Of a stretch of DNA of 64,000 nucleotides, positions 46,653 to 56,643 are shown piece after piece. The first letter of the stretch is position 1. The number at the start of each line of letters is the position of its first letter. Below the pieces are notes generated by a model. The model was not told the DNA's origin, made no database searches, and was given only the letters and a program-made list of their open reading frames with translations. A program made the position numbers and the translations under genes. The DNA is from Candidatus Poribacteria bacterium (GTDB lineage Bacteria; Poribacteria; WGA-4E; WGA-3G), in NCBI GenBank assembly GCA_963663765.2, contig CAXXUA010000005.1, positions 1,312,001 through 1,376,000 on the forward strand, in the 5' to 3' direction.

Positions 46653-47780
46653 CTACACTGCATAAGCCACAGAACCATCTTCACGCAAAGGTGTTTTTCC
46701 CGTATTCATTGGTTGAAATGGTGTCTTTTCAATTAGCGTATCGTCAAGTTCAACGCCTAAACCGGGTGCTTCAGGTATCGGAATGTATCCACCTTCCCGT
46801 TGATACGCGACTTTGTAGACAGCGAAACGTTCGGATTCATCAGCTTTTGTATATTCCTGTGTAACAAAGTTTGGAATGCTCGTGTCCAGATGCAGGGAAG
46901 CAGCAGTAATGACTGGACCGAGAAAGTTGTGTGTGACAACCGCACTGTGGTATGCTTCTGCGATTGCAGCGATCTTTTTGCAGTGCGTCAATCCGCCTGC
47001 TAAACCGACATCGGGGCGGACATATTGAGCACCACCGGCTTCCAGTATCTCACGGAACTCCCATATGCTTACATTTCGTTCACCTATAGCGAGTGGGGTT
47101 GTCATCCGTTTTGCTAATTCCGCTTGTGTTGTTATTGTGTCAATCTGTATTGGATCTTCAATGAAATATAGGTTGAAGGGTGCAAGTGCTGATTCAAGGA
47201 CGATGCTGTTCATGGGTGTCAGTTTCCGGTGTACTTCCACGATGAGGTCAAGATCAGGTCCTCCGCCTTCTCTTGCTGCGGCGACGATGTCTCTTGCTGT
47301 TGTCACCAGTCGGTCTACTGCCATATCCTGAAAATTGCCAACCAACGGGTCAAACTTCAACGCAGTAAAACCCTCCGCAGCGGCAGCTTTTGCTGCTTCA
47401 AACATGGTTTCTGGGGTATTTCCACCACCGAGTAGGTGCAGTCGTATTTTGTCTCGGCAGTTGCCACCTAACAACTCCCAGATTGGCACATCAAGATGTT
47501 TACCCTTGATGTCCCACAATGCGATGTCAACAGCACTAACAGCACCACTTAGCGCGGTTCCTCTGAATGGTCCCATCCGATAAAGATATTGCCAATGATG
47601 TTCAATACGTAAAGGATTTTGACCGATTAGATATTTCTCAAAAGTATTCACAATCTTCTCAACTGCTTCAGGATATCCCCAGCATGCTGTTTGTCCGATG
47701 CCGCTGATACCGTTGTCTGTCCAAATGCGAATCACATAACCGTTTCCGATGAAAAACGACTCAATTTTGTCAATCTTCAT
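46653..47780 (-). CDS. Mandelate racemase/enolase-superfamily acid-sugar dehydratase (DgoD-like)
   Basis: SAVDIALWDIKGK, GFTALK, EVH, FIEDP, IGER, THN, PGLGVE; start after a GGAGG RBS. Confidence 0.88.
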   Translation of the reverse strand: MKIDKIESFFIGNGYVIRIWTDNGISGIGQTACWGYPEAVEKIVNTFEKYLIGQNPLRIEHHWQYLYRMGPFRGTALSGAVSAVDIALWDIKGKHLDVPIWELLGGNCRDKIRLHLLGGGNTPETMFEAAKAAAAEGFTALKFDPLVGNFQDMAVDRLVTTARDIVAAAREGGGPDLDLIVEVHRKLTPMNSIVLESALAPFNLYFIEDPIQIDTITTQAELAKRMTTPLAIGERNVSIWEFREILEAGGAQYVRPDVGLAGGLTHCKKIAAIAEAYHSAVVTHNFLGPVITAASLHLDTSIPNFVTQEYTKADESERFAVYKVAYQREGGYIPIPEAPGLGVELDDTLIEKTPFQPMNTGKTPLREDGSVAYAV

Positions 47781-47860
47781 ATAGTCCTCCCAAATGATGT
47801 GGTTTATTTTGCGTATTGTATCATAGGGTTGTCTTAATGACAATAGGGAAGAAGGGAGGA

Positions 47861-48253
47861 GGGTGTGTAAAGTTTTTGCACAAACTGCACATTCTCCATT
47901 GTAGAGCGAAATCAAGAAATCAACGGTATGAATGCCATTTAGGCATTCCCCGGGTCTCTGTGCCCCGCCGCAACTGATTAAATGAGAGATTGCGGGCACA
48001 GAGACCCATAGGTGTCAATATAAGGAAATATTGTTAATATCAACCATACTCTTCAGTCCCGTAGGGACGATATGTTTATAGAAAACAAGTACCCTTCCCA
48101 GTTCTTTAGTCCCGTAGGGACGATATGTTTATTCTTCTATGTCGTTCCTACGGAACTCAAGAGAGGGTGATTACACCTATCTATAAACATTGCGTCCCTA
48201 CGGGACTAAAGAGAACAAAAGTTTGTACCTCTGTGCAAAAACTTTACACACCC
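47861..48253. mobile_element. Shell I element carrying F, a GGGTCTCTGTGCCC doublet and several family C palindromes
   Basis: 22-bp TIR GGGTGTGTAAAGTTTTTGCACA/TGTGCAAAAACTTTACACACCC. Confidence 0.8.
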
Positions 48254-48260
48254 AAGGGAG

Positions 48261-48511
48261 GAGTGTGCAAAGTTTTGGTATACAGAATTGCAGATTTCGC
48301 GGATTACGAGGATTTCGCGGATTAGGCTCGGAATCGCGGATTAAGCGGATTACACGGAATACGCGGAGAAGATACCTGCAATAGATCGTATTGTTTAGTT
48401 AACGTTTATTCTATGCAATACAACCAAATGCAGAAATCTTATCCGCGTATTCCGTGTAATCTGTGCAATCCGTGATTCTGACAACACACATGCCAAATGC
48501 TTTACACACCC
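48261..48511. mobile_element. Shell I element with inverted 9-bp repeat tracts
   Basis: Homologous to 27416-27600, with a longer CGCGGATTA tract. Confidence 0.75.
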
Positions 48512-48604
48512 GAACATATTTTTAAGTTGAATCGTTGGCTAAACTATGTTAAAATATGTTTTTATACAGAATTGTACTCAACAATTATAACAAAGGAAAC
48601 AACG

Positions 48605-49873
48605 TTGAACATTTTGGTTATTGGACAAGGGGGACGTGAACATACGCTTGTCTGGAAAATTGCGCAGAGTCCGTTGGTAGAAAAGATCTATTGTGCGCCG
48701 GGGAATGCAGGTATCGCAGAAATCGCAGAAACGCTTCCGATGCCTGACGATTTTGGTGAACTTGCTGATTGGGCGGAAACTAAATACATTAACCTCACTG
48801 TTGTCGGACCTGAAAACCCTTTAGCAGCAGGCATTGTTGATATATTCCATGAACGTGGTTTAAGCACATTCGGACCGGATAGACAAGCTGCACAACTTGA
48901 AGGGAGTAAAGATTTTGCCAAGCAGTTGATGGTGAAAAACGATATACCCACTGCAGCGTATAAAACCTTTGTTCATGCTGATGAAGCAATAGACTATATC
49001 AAGACTAACAACATACCAGTTTTTGTCAAAGCAGATGGGTTGGCAGCTGGCAAAGGCGTGATACCGGGTCGCACTATCGCTGAGGCAACACAAGCAGTCA
49101 AGACTATTTTAGTTGATAAGGCATTCGGAGATGCGGGGAACAGCGTAGTCATTGAAGAGGAGTTAATTGGAGAAGAAGCCTCATTCACGGTGTTAACCGA
49201 TGGTTCTCACTGTTTACCTTTTGTTAGTTCGCAAGACCATAAGATGTCTCACGATGGAGATAGAGGTAAGAATACAGGTGGCATGGGGGCATATTCACCT
49301 GCACCAGTGATGACATCTGAACTTCATGACTATGTAATGGAAAGAGTCGTTTACCCTACTGTCAAAGGGATGGCAGAGATCGGATGTCCGTTTAATGGTG
49401 TGTTATATGTTGGATTGATGATAACAGAAACAGGTCCAAAGGTTCTGGAGTTCAACTGCCGTTTTGGCGACCCCGAGACACAAGTATTGTTGCCCCGTCT
49501 CAAAAGCGATTTAGTACCGTTGTTGATGGCATGCGTTGATGGCACACTTGACGAAGTTCCTGATGTTGTTTGGCACACTGAAGCAGCGGCTTGTGTTGTG
49601 ATGGCATCTGGTGGGTATCCAAATCCGTATCAGACAGGTAAAGCAATTACTGGATTAGCAGAAGTATCGTCAATTGAGGGTGTAACCGTTTTCCATGCAG
49701 GTACAAAGTTGGATGGTGAAAACGTAGTGACTGCTGGTGGACGCGTTTTGGGTGTTACGGCATTAGCAGACAACCTGAAAGCAGCTATTGAACAGGCATA
49801 TCGTGGTGTCTCTGCGATTCATTTTGATGAGGCACATTGGCGGACAGACATAGGATATCGTGCATTATCGTGA
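48605..49873 (+). CDS. purD: Phosphoribosylamine-glycine ligase
   Basis: GQGGREH, APGNAG, VVGPENPL, KADGLAAGKGV, QDHK, NTGGMGAYSP, EFNCRFGDPE. Confidence 0.96.
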   Translation: MNILVIGQGGREHTLVWKIAQSPLVEKIYCAPGNAGIAEIAETLPMPDDFGELADWAETKYINLTVVGPENPLAAGIVDIFHERGLSTFGPDRQAAQLEGSKDFAKQLMVKNDIPTAAYKTFVHADEAIDYIKTNNIPVFVKADGLAAGKGVIPGRTIAEATQAVKTILVDKAFGDAGNSVVIEEELIGEEASFTVLTDGSHCLPFVSSQDHKMSHDGDRGKNTGGMGAYSPAPVMTSELHDYVMERVVYPTVKGMAEIGCPFNGVLYVGLMITETGPKVLEFNCRFGDPETQVLLPRLKSDLVPLLMACVDGTLDEVPDVVWHTEAAACVVMASGGYPNPYQTGKAITGLAEVSSIEGVTVFHAGTKLDGENVVTAGGRVLGVTALADNLKAAIEQAYRGVSAIHFDEAHWRTDIGYRALS

Positions 49874-49914
49874 AGTTGATTTCTCGTTGTTCTTGACACT
49901 AATGCTTTTTAAGC

Positions 49915-50034
49915 AGGACTTACGCAAAGACGGTAGGCGTGCTTTGTAAGCGCGCTGGAAACCCATAAAAATACTGATAATTACATCATTTTCAGCTTAT
50001 TTCTTGATTAAATCAAGAAAACTGCGTAGTCCTG
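49915..50034. mobile_element. Shell G with family B palindrome
   Basis: CAGGACTTACGCA...TGCGTAGTCCTG. Confidence 0.75.
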
Positions 50035-50077
50035 TTAAGTACACTATTTTTTAGATTTGATGCTGGGAGATAAAGTG

Positions 50078-50758
50078 ATGCAGAAAAAGATACGAGCTGC
50101 GCCTACTATAATCTATCCGGAATCGGATGGGGAACCTATGGCAGAAACAGATATACACCGTGACCTGATGATAGATTTCATTCAGGTATTGAAGCATCAT
50201 TACCGAACTGTGAGTGATGTTTATGTGTCTGGTAACCTATTCTTGTATTATGTAGAGGGGAATCCAAGGAAAGTTATCTCACCAGATGTGTTCGTAGTTT
50301 TTGGAGTTGAGAAGAAACAACGGAGAACCTATCGGACTTGGGAGGAGGAGCGGACTCCCGATTTTGTGTTAGAGGTGGCAAGTCCGAAGACCTTTAAAAA
50401 CGATATTGGCGGAAAAAAGGAACTTTATGCATCAGCGTTAGCGGTGAAAGAGTATTTCATTTACGATCCGTTGGGACAGATTATTCCGAGTTTTATTGGG
50501 TGGCGTCTTGTTGATGGTGTGTATCAAGAGATAGATTTCGTGAATGATCGTTTACCTTCAGAAGTATTAGAGTTAGAGTTAGGTGAAAAGGGTGAAGCGT
50601 TACGTCTGTATGACCCGAATAGATCGGTATGGTTGGAAACTTCTCCTGAACGCGCAGAGAATGCAGAAGCACGCGCGCAAAGTGCTGAAGAAAAACTCGC
50701 TAATGCGATGGCAGAAATAGAACGTTTGCAGAGATTGTCAACTTCACATCTAAGTTAA
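50078..50758 (+). CDS. Uma2-family (DUF820) PD-(D/E)XK endonuclease, copy 1
   Basis: YPESDGEPMAET..H, SPDVFVV, PDFVLEVASP, VKEYFIYDP; coiled-coil tail. Confidence 0.9.
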   Translation: MQKKIRAAPTIIYPESDGEPMAETDIHRDLMIDFIQVLKHHYRTVSDVYVSGNLFLYYVEGNPRKVISPDVFVVFGVEKKQRRTYRTWEEERTPDFVLEVASPKTFKNDIGGKKELYASALAVKEYFIYDPLGQIIPSFIGWRLVDGVYQEIDFVNDRLPSEVLELELGEKGEALRLYDPNRSVWLETSPERAENAEARAQSAEEKLANAMAEIERLQRLSTSHLS

Positions 50759-50841
50759 AATATTTATCGTAATTCTGAGTTTCTAATGTGCCTACTGCTG
50801 GAACGTAATTTGTAAGATATTTGATGCTGGGAGATAAAGTG

Positions 50842-51585
50842 ATGCAGAAAAAGATACGAGATGCGCCTACTATCGTCTATCCGGAATCGGATGGGGAACC
50901 TATGGCAGAAACAGATATACACCGTGACCTGATGATAGATTTCATTCAGGTATTGAAGCATCATTACCGAACTGTGAGTGATGTTTATGTGTCTGGTAAC
51001 CTATTCTTGTATTATGTAGAGGGGAATCCAAGGAAAGTTATCTCACCAGATGTGTTCGTAGTTTTTGGAGTTGAGAAGAAACAACGGAGAACCTATCGGA
51101 CTTGGGAGGAGGAGCGGACTCCCGATTTTGTGTTAGAGGTGGCAAGTCCGAAGACCTTTAAAAACGATATTGGCGGAAAAAAGGAACTTTATGCATCAGC
51201 GTTAGCGGTGAAAGAGTATTTCATTTACGATCCGTTGGGACAAATTATTCCGAGTTTTATTGGTTGGCGGCTTATTGATGGCGTATATCAAGAGATAGGT
51301 TTCGTGAATGATCGTTTACCCTCACAAGTATTAGAGTTAGAGTTAGGTGAAAAGGGTGAAGCGTTACGTCTGTATGACCCGAATAGGTCGGTATGGTTGG
51401 AAACGTCTCCTGAACGCGCAGAGAATGCAGAAGCACGCGCAAAGAGTTCAGAAGCACGTGTAGAACAGGAAGCAAACGCACGTAGAAATGCTGAAACACG
51501 CGCGCAAAGTGCTGAAGAAAAGCTTGCTAATGCGATGGCAGAAATAGAACGTTTGCAGAGATTGTCAACTTCACATCTAAGTTAA
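50842..51585 (+). CDS. Uma2-family endonuclease, copy 2
   Basis: Near-identical to copy 1, plus three extra heptads in the tail. Confidence 0.9.
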   Translation: MQKKIRDAPTIVYPESDGEPMAETDIHRDLMIDFIQVLKHHYRTVSDVYVSGNLFLYYVEGNPRKVISPDVFVVFGVEKKQRRTYRTWEEERTPDFVLEVASPKTFKNDIGGKKELYASALAVKEYFIYDPLGQIIPSFIGWRLIDGVYQEIGFVNDRLPSQVLELELGEKGEALRLYDPNRSVWLETSPERAENAEARAKSSEARVEQEANARRNAETRAQSAEEKLANAMAEIERLQRLSTSHLS

Positions 51586-51668
51586 AATATTTATCGTAAT
51601 TCTGAATTTCTAATGTGCTTACTGATGGAACATAATTTGTAAGATATTTGATGCTGGGAGATAAAGTG

Positions 51669-52400
51669 ATGCAGAAAAAGATACGAGCTGCGCCTACTAT
51701 AATCTATCCGGAATCGGATGGAGAACCTATGGCAGAAACTGATATACACCGTGACCTGATGATAGATTTTATTCAGGTTTTGAAGCATCATTACCGGAAT
51801 GCAAGTGATGTTTATGTGTCTGGCAACCTATTCTTGTATTATGTAGAAGGGAATCCGAGGAAGGTTATCTCACCAGATGTGTTCGTAGTTTTTGGTGTTG
51901 AGAAAAAACAACGGAGGACCTATCGGACTTGGGAGGAGGGATGTACTCCCGATTTTGTGTTGGAGGTGGCAAGTCCAAAGACCTTTAAAAACGATATAGG
52001 CGAAAAAAAGGAACTTTATGCATCAGCGTTAGCGGTGAAAGAGTATTTCATTTACGATCCGTTAGGACAGATTCTTCCGAGTTTTATTGGGTGGCGTCTT
52101 GTTGATGGTGTGTATCAAGAGATAGATTTCGTGAATGATCGTTTACCTTCAGAAGTATTAGAATTAGAGTTAGGTGAAAAGGGTGAAGCGTTACGTCTGT
52201 ATGACCCGAACAGGTCGGTATGGTTGGAAACGTCTCCTGAACGTGCAGAGAATGCTGAAACCCGTGCAAAACAGGAAGCAGTTGCCCGCCGAAGTGCTGA
52301 AGCACGCGTGGAACAAGAAGCAAACGCACGCAGAAATGCTGAAGAAAAACTCGCAAATGCTATAGCAGAAATAGAACGTTTGCAGAGTTTGTCAACTTGA
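51669..52400 (+). CDS. Uma2-family endonuclease, copy 3
   Basis: Near-identical core with a different heptad order. Confidence 0.9.
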   Translation: MQKKIRAAPTIIYPESDGEPMAETDIHRDLMIDFIQVLKHHYRNASDVYVSGNLFLYYVEGNPRKVISPDVFVVFGVEKKQRRTYRTWEEGCTPDFVLEVASPKTFKNDIGEKKELYASALAVKEYFIYDPLGQILPSFIGWRLVDGVYQEIDFVNDRLPSEVLELELGEKGEALRLYDPNRSVWLETSPERAENAETRAKQEAVARRSAEARVEQEANARRNAEEKLANAIAEIERLQSLST

Positions 52401-52461
52401 CATATACGGATTATGCATTTTTGTGCTCAACGAATTGAATATGTCTTTTTAGGTTGCAGGT

Positions 52462-52977
52462 ATGGTAGATGAACTCACATATAAAATTGCACAGTGTTGC
52501 ACACCTGAAGAAGACTATCCGATCATAGGTTATTTCAAGGAAGATGGTACTATCACCGTACACGACACGTCATGTCCTTCAGTTCCCGGTTTGAGAACGG
52601 AAAGATTACTTGAGGTCTCGTGGGACGAGATACACAAGACGAATACACCAGATACTTCAGATGATGTTCCCTCTGAAATGTCAGAATTGGATGAAACCGA
52701 TTACTTCATACTCAAACATCATCAGGAATTTGGGATGGACTATTCAAAAGTTGTTTCAGAAACCTTGAGAATACCACTTGAAGAAGCTCATCAACGTCAT
52801 CGCAAGTTAAGAGAACTCGGTGGTTTAAAACGTGTAGAAGGCAAGATTATACACTATCGAAAAAATATCGTTAAAGGAAAATGGATAAAACATCGTAACC
52901 ACACATATTATGAACTAACGCCTGAAGGCATCCAGTGGATAAATGCCTTTGAAAAACAACCATCAAGCAATGAATAA
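52462..52977 (+). CDS. RelA/SpoT RIS(ZFD)-like domain fused to a DUF2250-like winged helix
   Basis: KIAQCCTP..YPIIGY....ITVH..SCP...ERLLEVSW; ILKH..EFGMDY...HTYYELTPEG. Confidence 0.65.
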   Translation: MVDELTYKIAQCCTPEEDYPIIGYFKEDGTITVHDTSCPSVPGLRTERLLEVSWDEIHKTNTPDTSDDVPSEMSELDETDYFILKHHQEFGMDYSKVVSETLRIPLEEAHQRHRKLRELGGLKRVEGKIIHYRKNIVKGKWIKHRNHTYYELTPEGIQWINAFEKQPSSNE

Positions 52978-53010
52978 CATATATACTAAACTCACTTGGA
53001 GGATTCCAAA

Positions 53011-54195
53011 ATGTTAGATGAAATGACGAACCGGTATACTAAAAAAGAACAGCGCAAAACCCGTATGCGCTCAATAATTTTGCTATCGCTTATTTTTCAC
53101 ATGACAATTGCTATTGTTTACCTTTTCTTACCATTGGGACCTGTTGCGAAAACACAAGACGATGCCCTTGCTTTTGACCTATTTAAGGAAGCAGACCCAC
53201 TGCGTGAACGTAGGTTAAGACCAAAACCTTCTCTTACAGAAAAACGTCTTGACCCGAACCAAAAACTCGCTAAAGACGCTGAACAGAAACGGGTTGATGC
53301 TGCAAAGAATGAACGCGATGAGGTCATCAAATTGAGTGAAAAAATCGTTATTCACGATGTTGAAATTAACGACGCACCCCTAAATGACATAGTGCCAGAC
53401 ATTATGACTGACGCTAAGTTGAAGGAAGCAGAAGCATCCAACCTGCACCGACTTATCTCTCAACCCGGACAAACAGACGGTGTAGGACTTGTTACCGGAC
53501 GTGTGCGCGCACGCGGTGATGGTTCAGGAAAATACCGTGGACTTTCTCAAGGTGGCGGCGGAGATGGACTCCTTGAAGGCGGCGGACGGTCTGGTGGCAA
53601 CGACCCTCTCGGTATTATCAATTTCCTCGGCGGTCTTGACGGTCCACAGGATATCGTCTACTGTCTTGATGTGTCCGCGAGTATGCAAGCGGCAGGACTA
53701 AATAAACTGGAATTAGCACTCAACGCTACTAAGGATTCTGTCCTCATGTTAGGCAGTGAACACACCTTTAATATCGTCCCGTTCTCTACCAAGGCTGATA
53801 TGATGAGCGAAAAACTGATACCCGCTGACGGTACAAGTATAAACCGTGCATTATTGTATCTCAACAGATTCACACCTGAGAGAATTCAATATAATTTAGG
53901 CACGAATATCCTTGGTGCCCTCAATAAAGGTTTCGATCTTGACGCTTCTGTTATCGTTCTGATTACAGATGGACTTCCTGCAAAAGTAAAGGGACACAAT
54001 ATCGAAACCGATCCAGAGAAAATACTTAAAGCTGTGCGATTAAAAAATACTAAAAAAGCACATATCTATGTCGTCGCATTGGAAATTGATCTACAACGTT
54101 CTCCTGGTGCCCATTTACTCAAATCCCTCGCTTATGAACACAAAGGGGAAATCAAGGCTATTGGTGCAAAACAATTGATGGAGATAAACAAATGA
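53011..54195 (+). CDS. Membrane-anchored VWA-domain protein
   Basis: N-terminal TM with SLIFH, Gly-rich linker, MIDAS DVSASM...T...LITDG. Confidence 0.8.
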   Translation: MLDEMTNRYTKKEQRKTRMRSIILLSLIFHMTIAIVYLFLPLGPVAKTQDDALAFDLFKEADPLRERRLRPKPSLTEKRLDPNQKLAKDAEQKRVDAAKNERDEVIKLSEKIVIHDVEINDAPLNDIVPDIMTDAKLKEAEASNLHRLISQPGQTDGVGLVTGRVRARGDGSGKYRGLSQGGGGDGLLEGGGRSGGNDPLGIINFLGGLDGPQDIVYCLDVSASMQAAGLNKLELALNATKDSVLMLGSEHTFNIVPFSTKADMMSEKLIPADGTSINRALLYLNRFTPERIQYNLGTNILGALNKGFDLDASVIVLITDGLPAKVKGHNIETDPEKILKAVRLKNTKKAHIYVVALEIDLQRSPGAHLLKSLAYEHKGEIKAIGAKQLMEINK

Positions 54196-55007
54196 GTTTG
54201 TCCGTTATTTACATGATCATAATGTTTATTCTCGTTGTGATATTTATTGTAAATAGCATTCGACATCGTAATGAAATTCGTAATTATGTAAAATACGGTA
54301 TTTTGTTTACACTCATTCTTTTTGTTTTTGACTTTGCTGTTATCATATTGATTCCGAATGTTTTTGAATTATTGCCTGTTTATCTGTGGTTTATAGTGGC
54401 TGTGATTGCCTATGTGAAAATTGTAATATTTACATGTTTGGGAATATATTACTGTTCTCTATTGGGGATCGTAGAGATACCATTGATAAAAAGGTTCTCT
54501 GGTATTTCTAATAGTTTTGATACGATAAAGCAACAGAACTACATAGCATCTATAGTCGGAGTGGTAGTTGGAGCTATATTATTTACCGTAATCTTGTTTG
54601 AATTGACTTCACCAGATATATCGGATACCTTTAGAAAACTAGTGAAAACAGAGCAAGCTAAATTAGGAATTAGTAATGAACCTTCAGTGTTGATAGCATT
54701 GATTATGGTAGTAGCTGCGTTTGGTGAAGAAATAATCTTTCGTCTTGGTATTCAAAACTATTTGGCGAAGCAATTTAAACTGAATGAAGATATGTATTGG
54801 GTGTCTGTTGTATTAACTTCAGCACTTTGGTCAATTGCCCATGCAAATACTCTTGATCCCGAATGGGTGAAAATCGTGCAGATATTTCCTATGGGAATAG
54901 TATTGGGATTTCTATTCAAAAAATATGGCTTAGAAAGTTGTATACTTGCTCATGGAATTTTCAATCTTTGTATGATGTTTATAGGTCCGCATCTTATTAC
55001 AATGTAG
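54192..55007 (+). CDS. CPBP/Abi-family intramembrane metalloprotease
   Basis: EEIIFR, WSIAH, AHGIFN motifs; multiple TM helices. Confidence 0.88.
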   Translation: MSLSVIYMIIMFILVVIFIVNSIRHRNEIRNYVKYGILFTLILFVFDFAVIILIPNVFELLPVYLWFIVAVIAYVKIVIFTCLGIYYCSLLGIVEIPLIKRFSGISNSFDTIKQQNYIASIVGVVVGAILFTVILFELTSPDISDTFRKLVKTEQAKLGISNEPSVLIALIMVVAAFGEEIIFRLGIQNYLAKQFKLNEDMYWVSVVLTSALWSIAHANTLDPEWVKIVQIFPMGIVLGFLFKKYGLESCILAHGIFNLCMMFIGPHLITM

Positions 55008-55031
55008 GTTACAATACTGGTACAATAAAAA

Positions 55032-55838
55032 ATGAATCAAAAATCCGCTGTAAATACAATTCAGCACTTTCAATTAGATGGCAAGGTAAGTCTTGTAAGT
55101 GGTGCGAGTCGTGGCATTGGTAGAGCAATGGCAGAAGGACTTGCAGGTGCAGGATCAGACCTTGTCATTGCTGGCAGAGAAATATCTACACTTACCCCTA
55201 TTGCTGAGCAGATCACCAAAGAAACCGGTAGTACTGTCCTTCCAATTCAAGCAGATGTCGGTAATCTGCAAGAAATTGAATTGCTCGTTGAGCAAACTGT
55301 CAAAACCTTTGATAGACTTGATGTGTTGGTGAACAACGCAGGTGTAAACGTCCGAAACCCCGCACTGGAATTCACAGAAGAAGATTGGGACTTTGTGACA
55401 GATGTTAATTTGAAGGGTGCGTTCTTTTTGGCAAAAGCCTGTGGAAAAGTCATGGAAAAACAGGGTGGTGGGAAGGTCATCAACACTTTATCATTAACCT
55501 CTGCGATCGGACTGCCGACAAGTGTGGCATACACGGCAGCGAAAGGTGGACTCCTGCAACTCACAAAACTGCTTGCTGTGGAATGGGCAGAACACAACAT
55601 ACAGGTCAATGGGATTGCCCCCGGCTTCATTCGGACGGAGATGACTGCCCCCGCACGCGAAGATAACCGCAACGAATGGATACTCAATCGCACGCCTGCA
55701 TATCGTTGGGGAGAACCTGAAGACCTCGCAGGTCTGACGATTTTCTTCGCATCAAACGCATCCGATTTCGTTACGGGTCAGATGGTATTTGTTGATGGCG
55801 GATTTATGGCGGGTAGCGACTGGAGAAAACGCACATAA
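55032..55838 (+). CDS. SDR oxidoreductase (gluconate 5-dehydrogenase/KduD-like)
   Basis: SGASRGIG, NNAG, YTAAK, NGIAPG, VDGG. Confidence 0.9.
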   Translation: MNQKSAVNTIQHFQLDGKVSLVSGASRGIGRAMAEGLAGAGSDLVIAGREISTLTPIAEQITKETGSTVLPIQADVGNLQEIELLVEQTVKTFDRLDVLVNNAGVNVRNPALEFTEEDWDFVTDVNLKGAFFLAKACGKVMEKQGGGKVINTLSLTSAIGLPTSVAYTAAKGGLLQLTKLLAVEWAEHNIQVNGIAPGFIRTEMTAPAREDNRNEWILNRTPAYRWGEPEDLAGLTIFFASNASDFVTGQMVFVDGGFMAGSDWRKRT

Positions 55839-55839
55839 T

Positions 55840-56067
55840 ATGGATACCCAGCCCTCGCTTTCTGCTTTGGAACAAGCGGAAAAAATCCTTGAAAAGTTCA
55901 ACATTGAAAGTGCTGCCCTATACGATCATAAACCTGTTTTAAGAATACGGGTATCCGATTCTGAGTTTGCACGTGTGCTTGAACTGCGCACTACACTCGT
56001 TGAGGAACTTAAACCCACCGGCTTTCGGTTCATCGCCCTTGATCTTGACTCAAATACGGAAATATAG
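55840..56067 (+). CDS. Small protein resembling the C-terminal domain of LarE
   Basis: AEKIL...H..VLRIRV...F.RVL..R..LVEELK..GFRFIALDL; ATG 1 nt after the SDR stop. Confidence 0.55.
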   Translation: MDTQPSLSALEQAEKILEKFNIESAALYDHKPVLRIRVSDSEFARVLELRTTLVEELKPTGFRFIALDLDSNTEI

Positions 56068-56179
56068 ATTGCATGTAGGTTCCTTCCGATTCCAATAGAT
56101 TCACTTCGCTATCACAACTAAAAAATGATTTGAAATTGTTAATTTAATACGATATAATGAAAATGTCTGATTATCGTCT

Positions 56180-56272
56180 AATACCAAATTAACGTAATTT
56201 ATCTTTTTCCAACGGTAGGTGCGGTTTCCTAACCGCACACTTAGCAAGACGACTCACGTTAATTCGGTATAA
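56180..56272. mobile_element. Short MITE (TAA-TACC...GGTA-TAA) with a family D palindrome, between a promoter and its gene
   Basis: TACCAAATTAACGT/ACGTTAATTCGGTA TIR; GGTAGGTGCGGTTTCCTAACCGCAC core; TTGAAA-17-TATAAT at 56130-56158. Confidence 0.7.
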
Positions 56273-56301
56273 CCATAATATAATTATAAGGAGTCTAAAC
56301 T

Positions 56302-56556
56302 ATGGCTGATACAGTCAAATACATCCCGTTCCAACGCGTAAAAGATTGGAAAGTTGGCGATAGGATTGTTGTAGATGGAAATCCAGGAAAAATTCGTGAT
56401 ATTGTTGAATTCAATAATCCATCGGGAACCGGTGAAACAATCGCATCCATCGGTGTGGTGTATGACAATGAACCCGGCGTAATTAGGCTTGTTGAATTTG
56501 ATTTTCATCAGGTTAAATTAGATCGTGAAAACCAATCTATTAGTCTCTCCAAATAA
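56302..56556 (+). CDS. Hypothetical small beta-rich (SH3/KOW-like) protein
   Basis: Strong AAGGAG RBS; WKVGDRIVV..GKI pattern. Confidence 0.65.
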   Translation: MADTVKYIPFQRVKDWKVGDRIVVDGNPGKIRDIVEFNNPSGTGETIASIGVVYDNEPGVIRLVEFDFHQVKLDRENQSISLSK

Positions 56557-56643
56557 ACAAATTTCCCCACCGTTTTCAATCTGTAAATGTTCTTTCCTAT
56601 ACTAATAGTGTTTCATGCGCAAACGTCTATTACTCATAACAAG

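Noticed and set aside
47781-48604. Long N-terminal extensions of the dehydratase (to 47999) and of purD (from 48497)
   Set aside because: The extensions run into repeat or promoter DNA; RBS and family alignment support starts at 47780 and 48605.
50057-52400. Diversity-generating retroelement TR/VR pairs
   Set aside because: No reverse transcriptase; differences are not adenine-specific and whole genes are duplicated.
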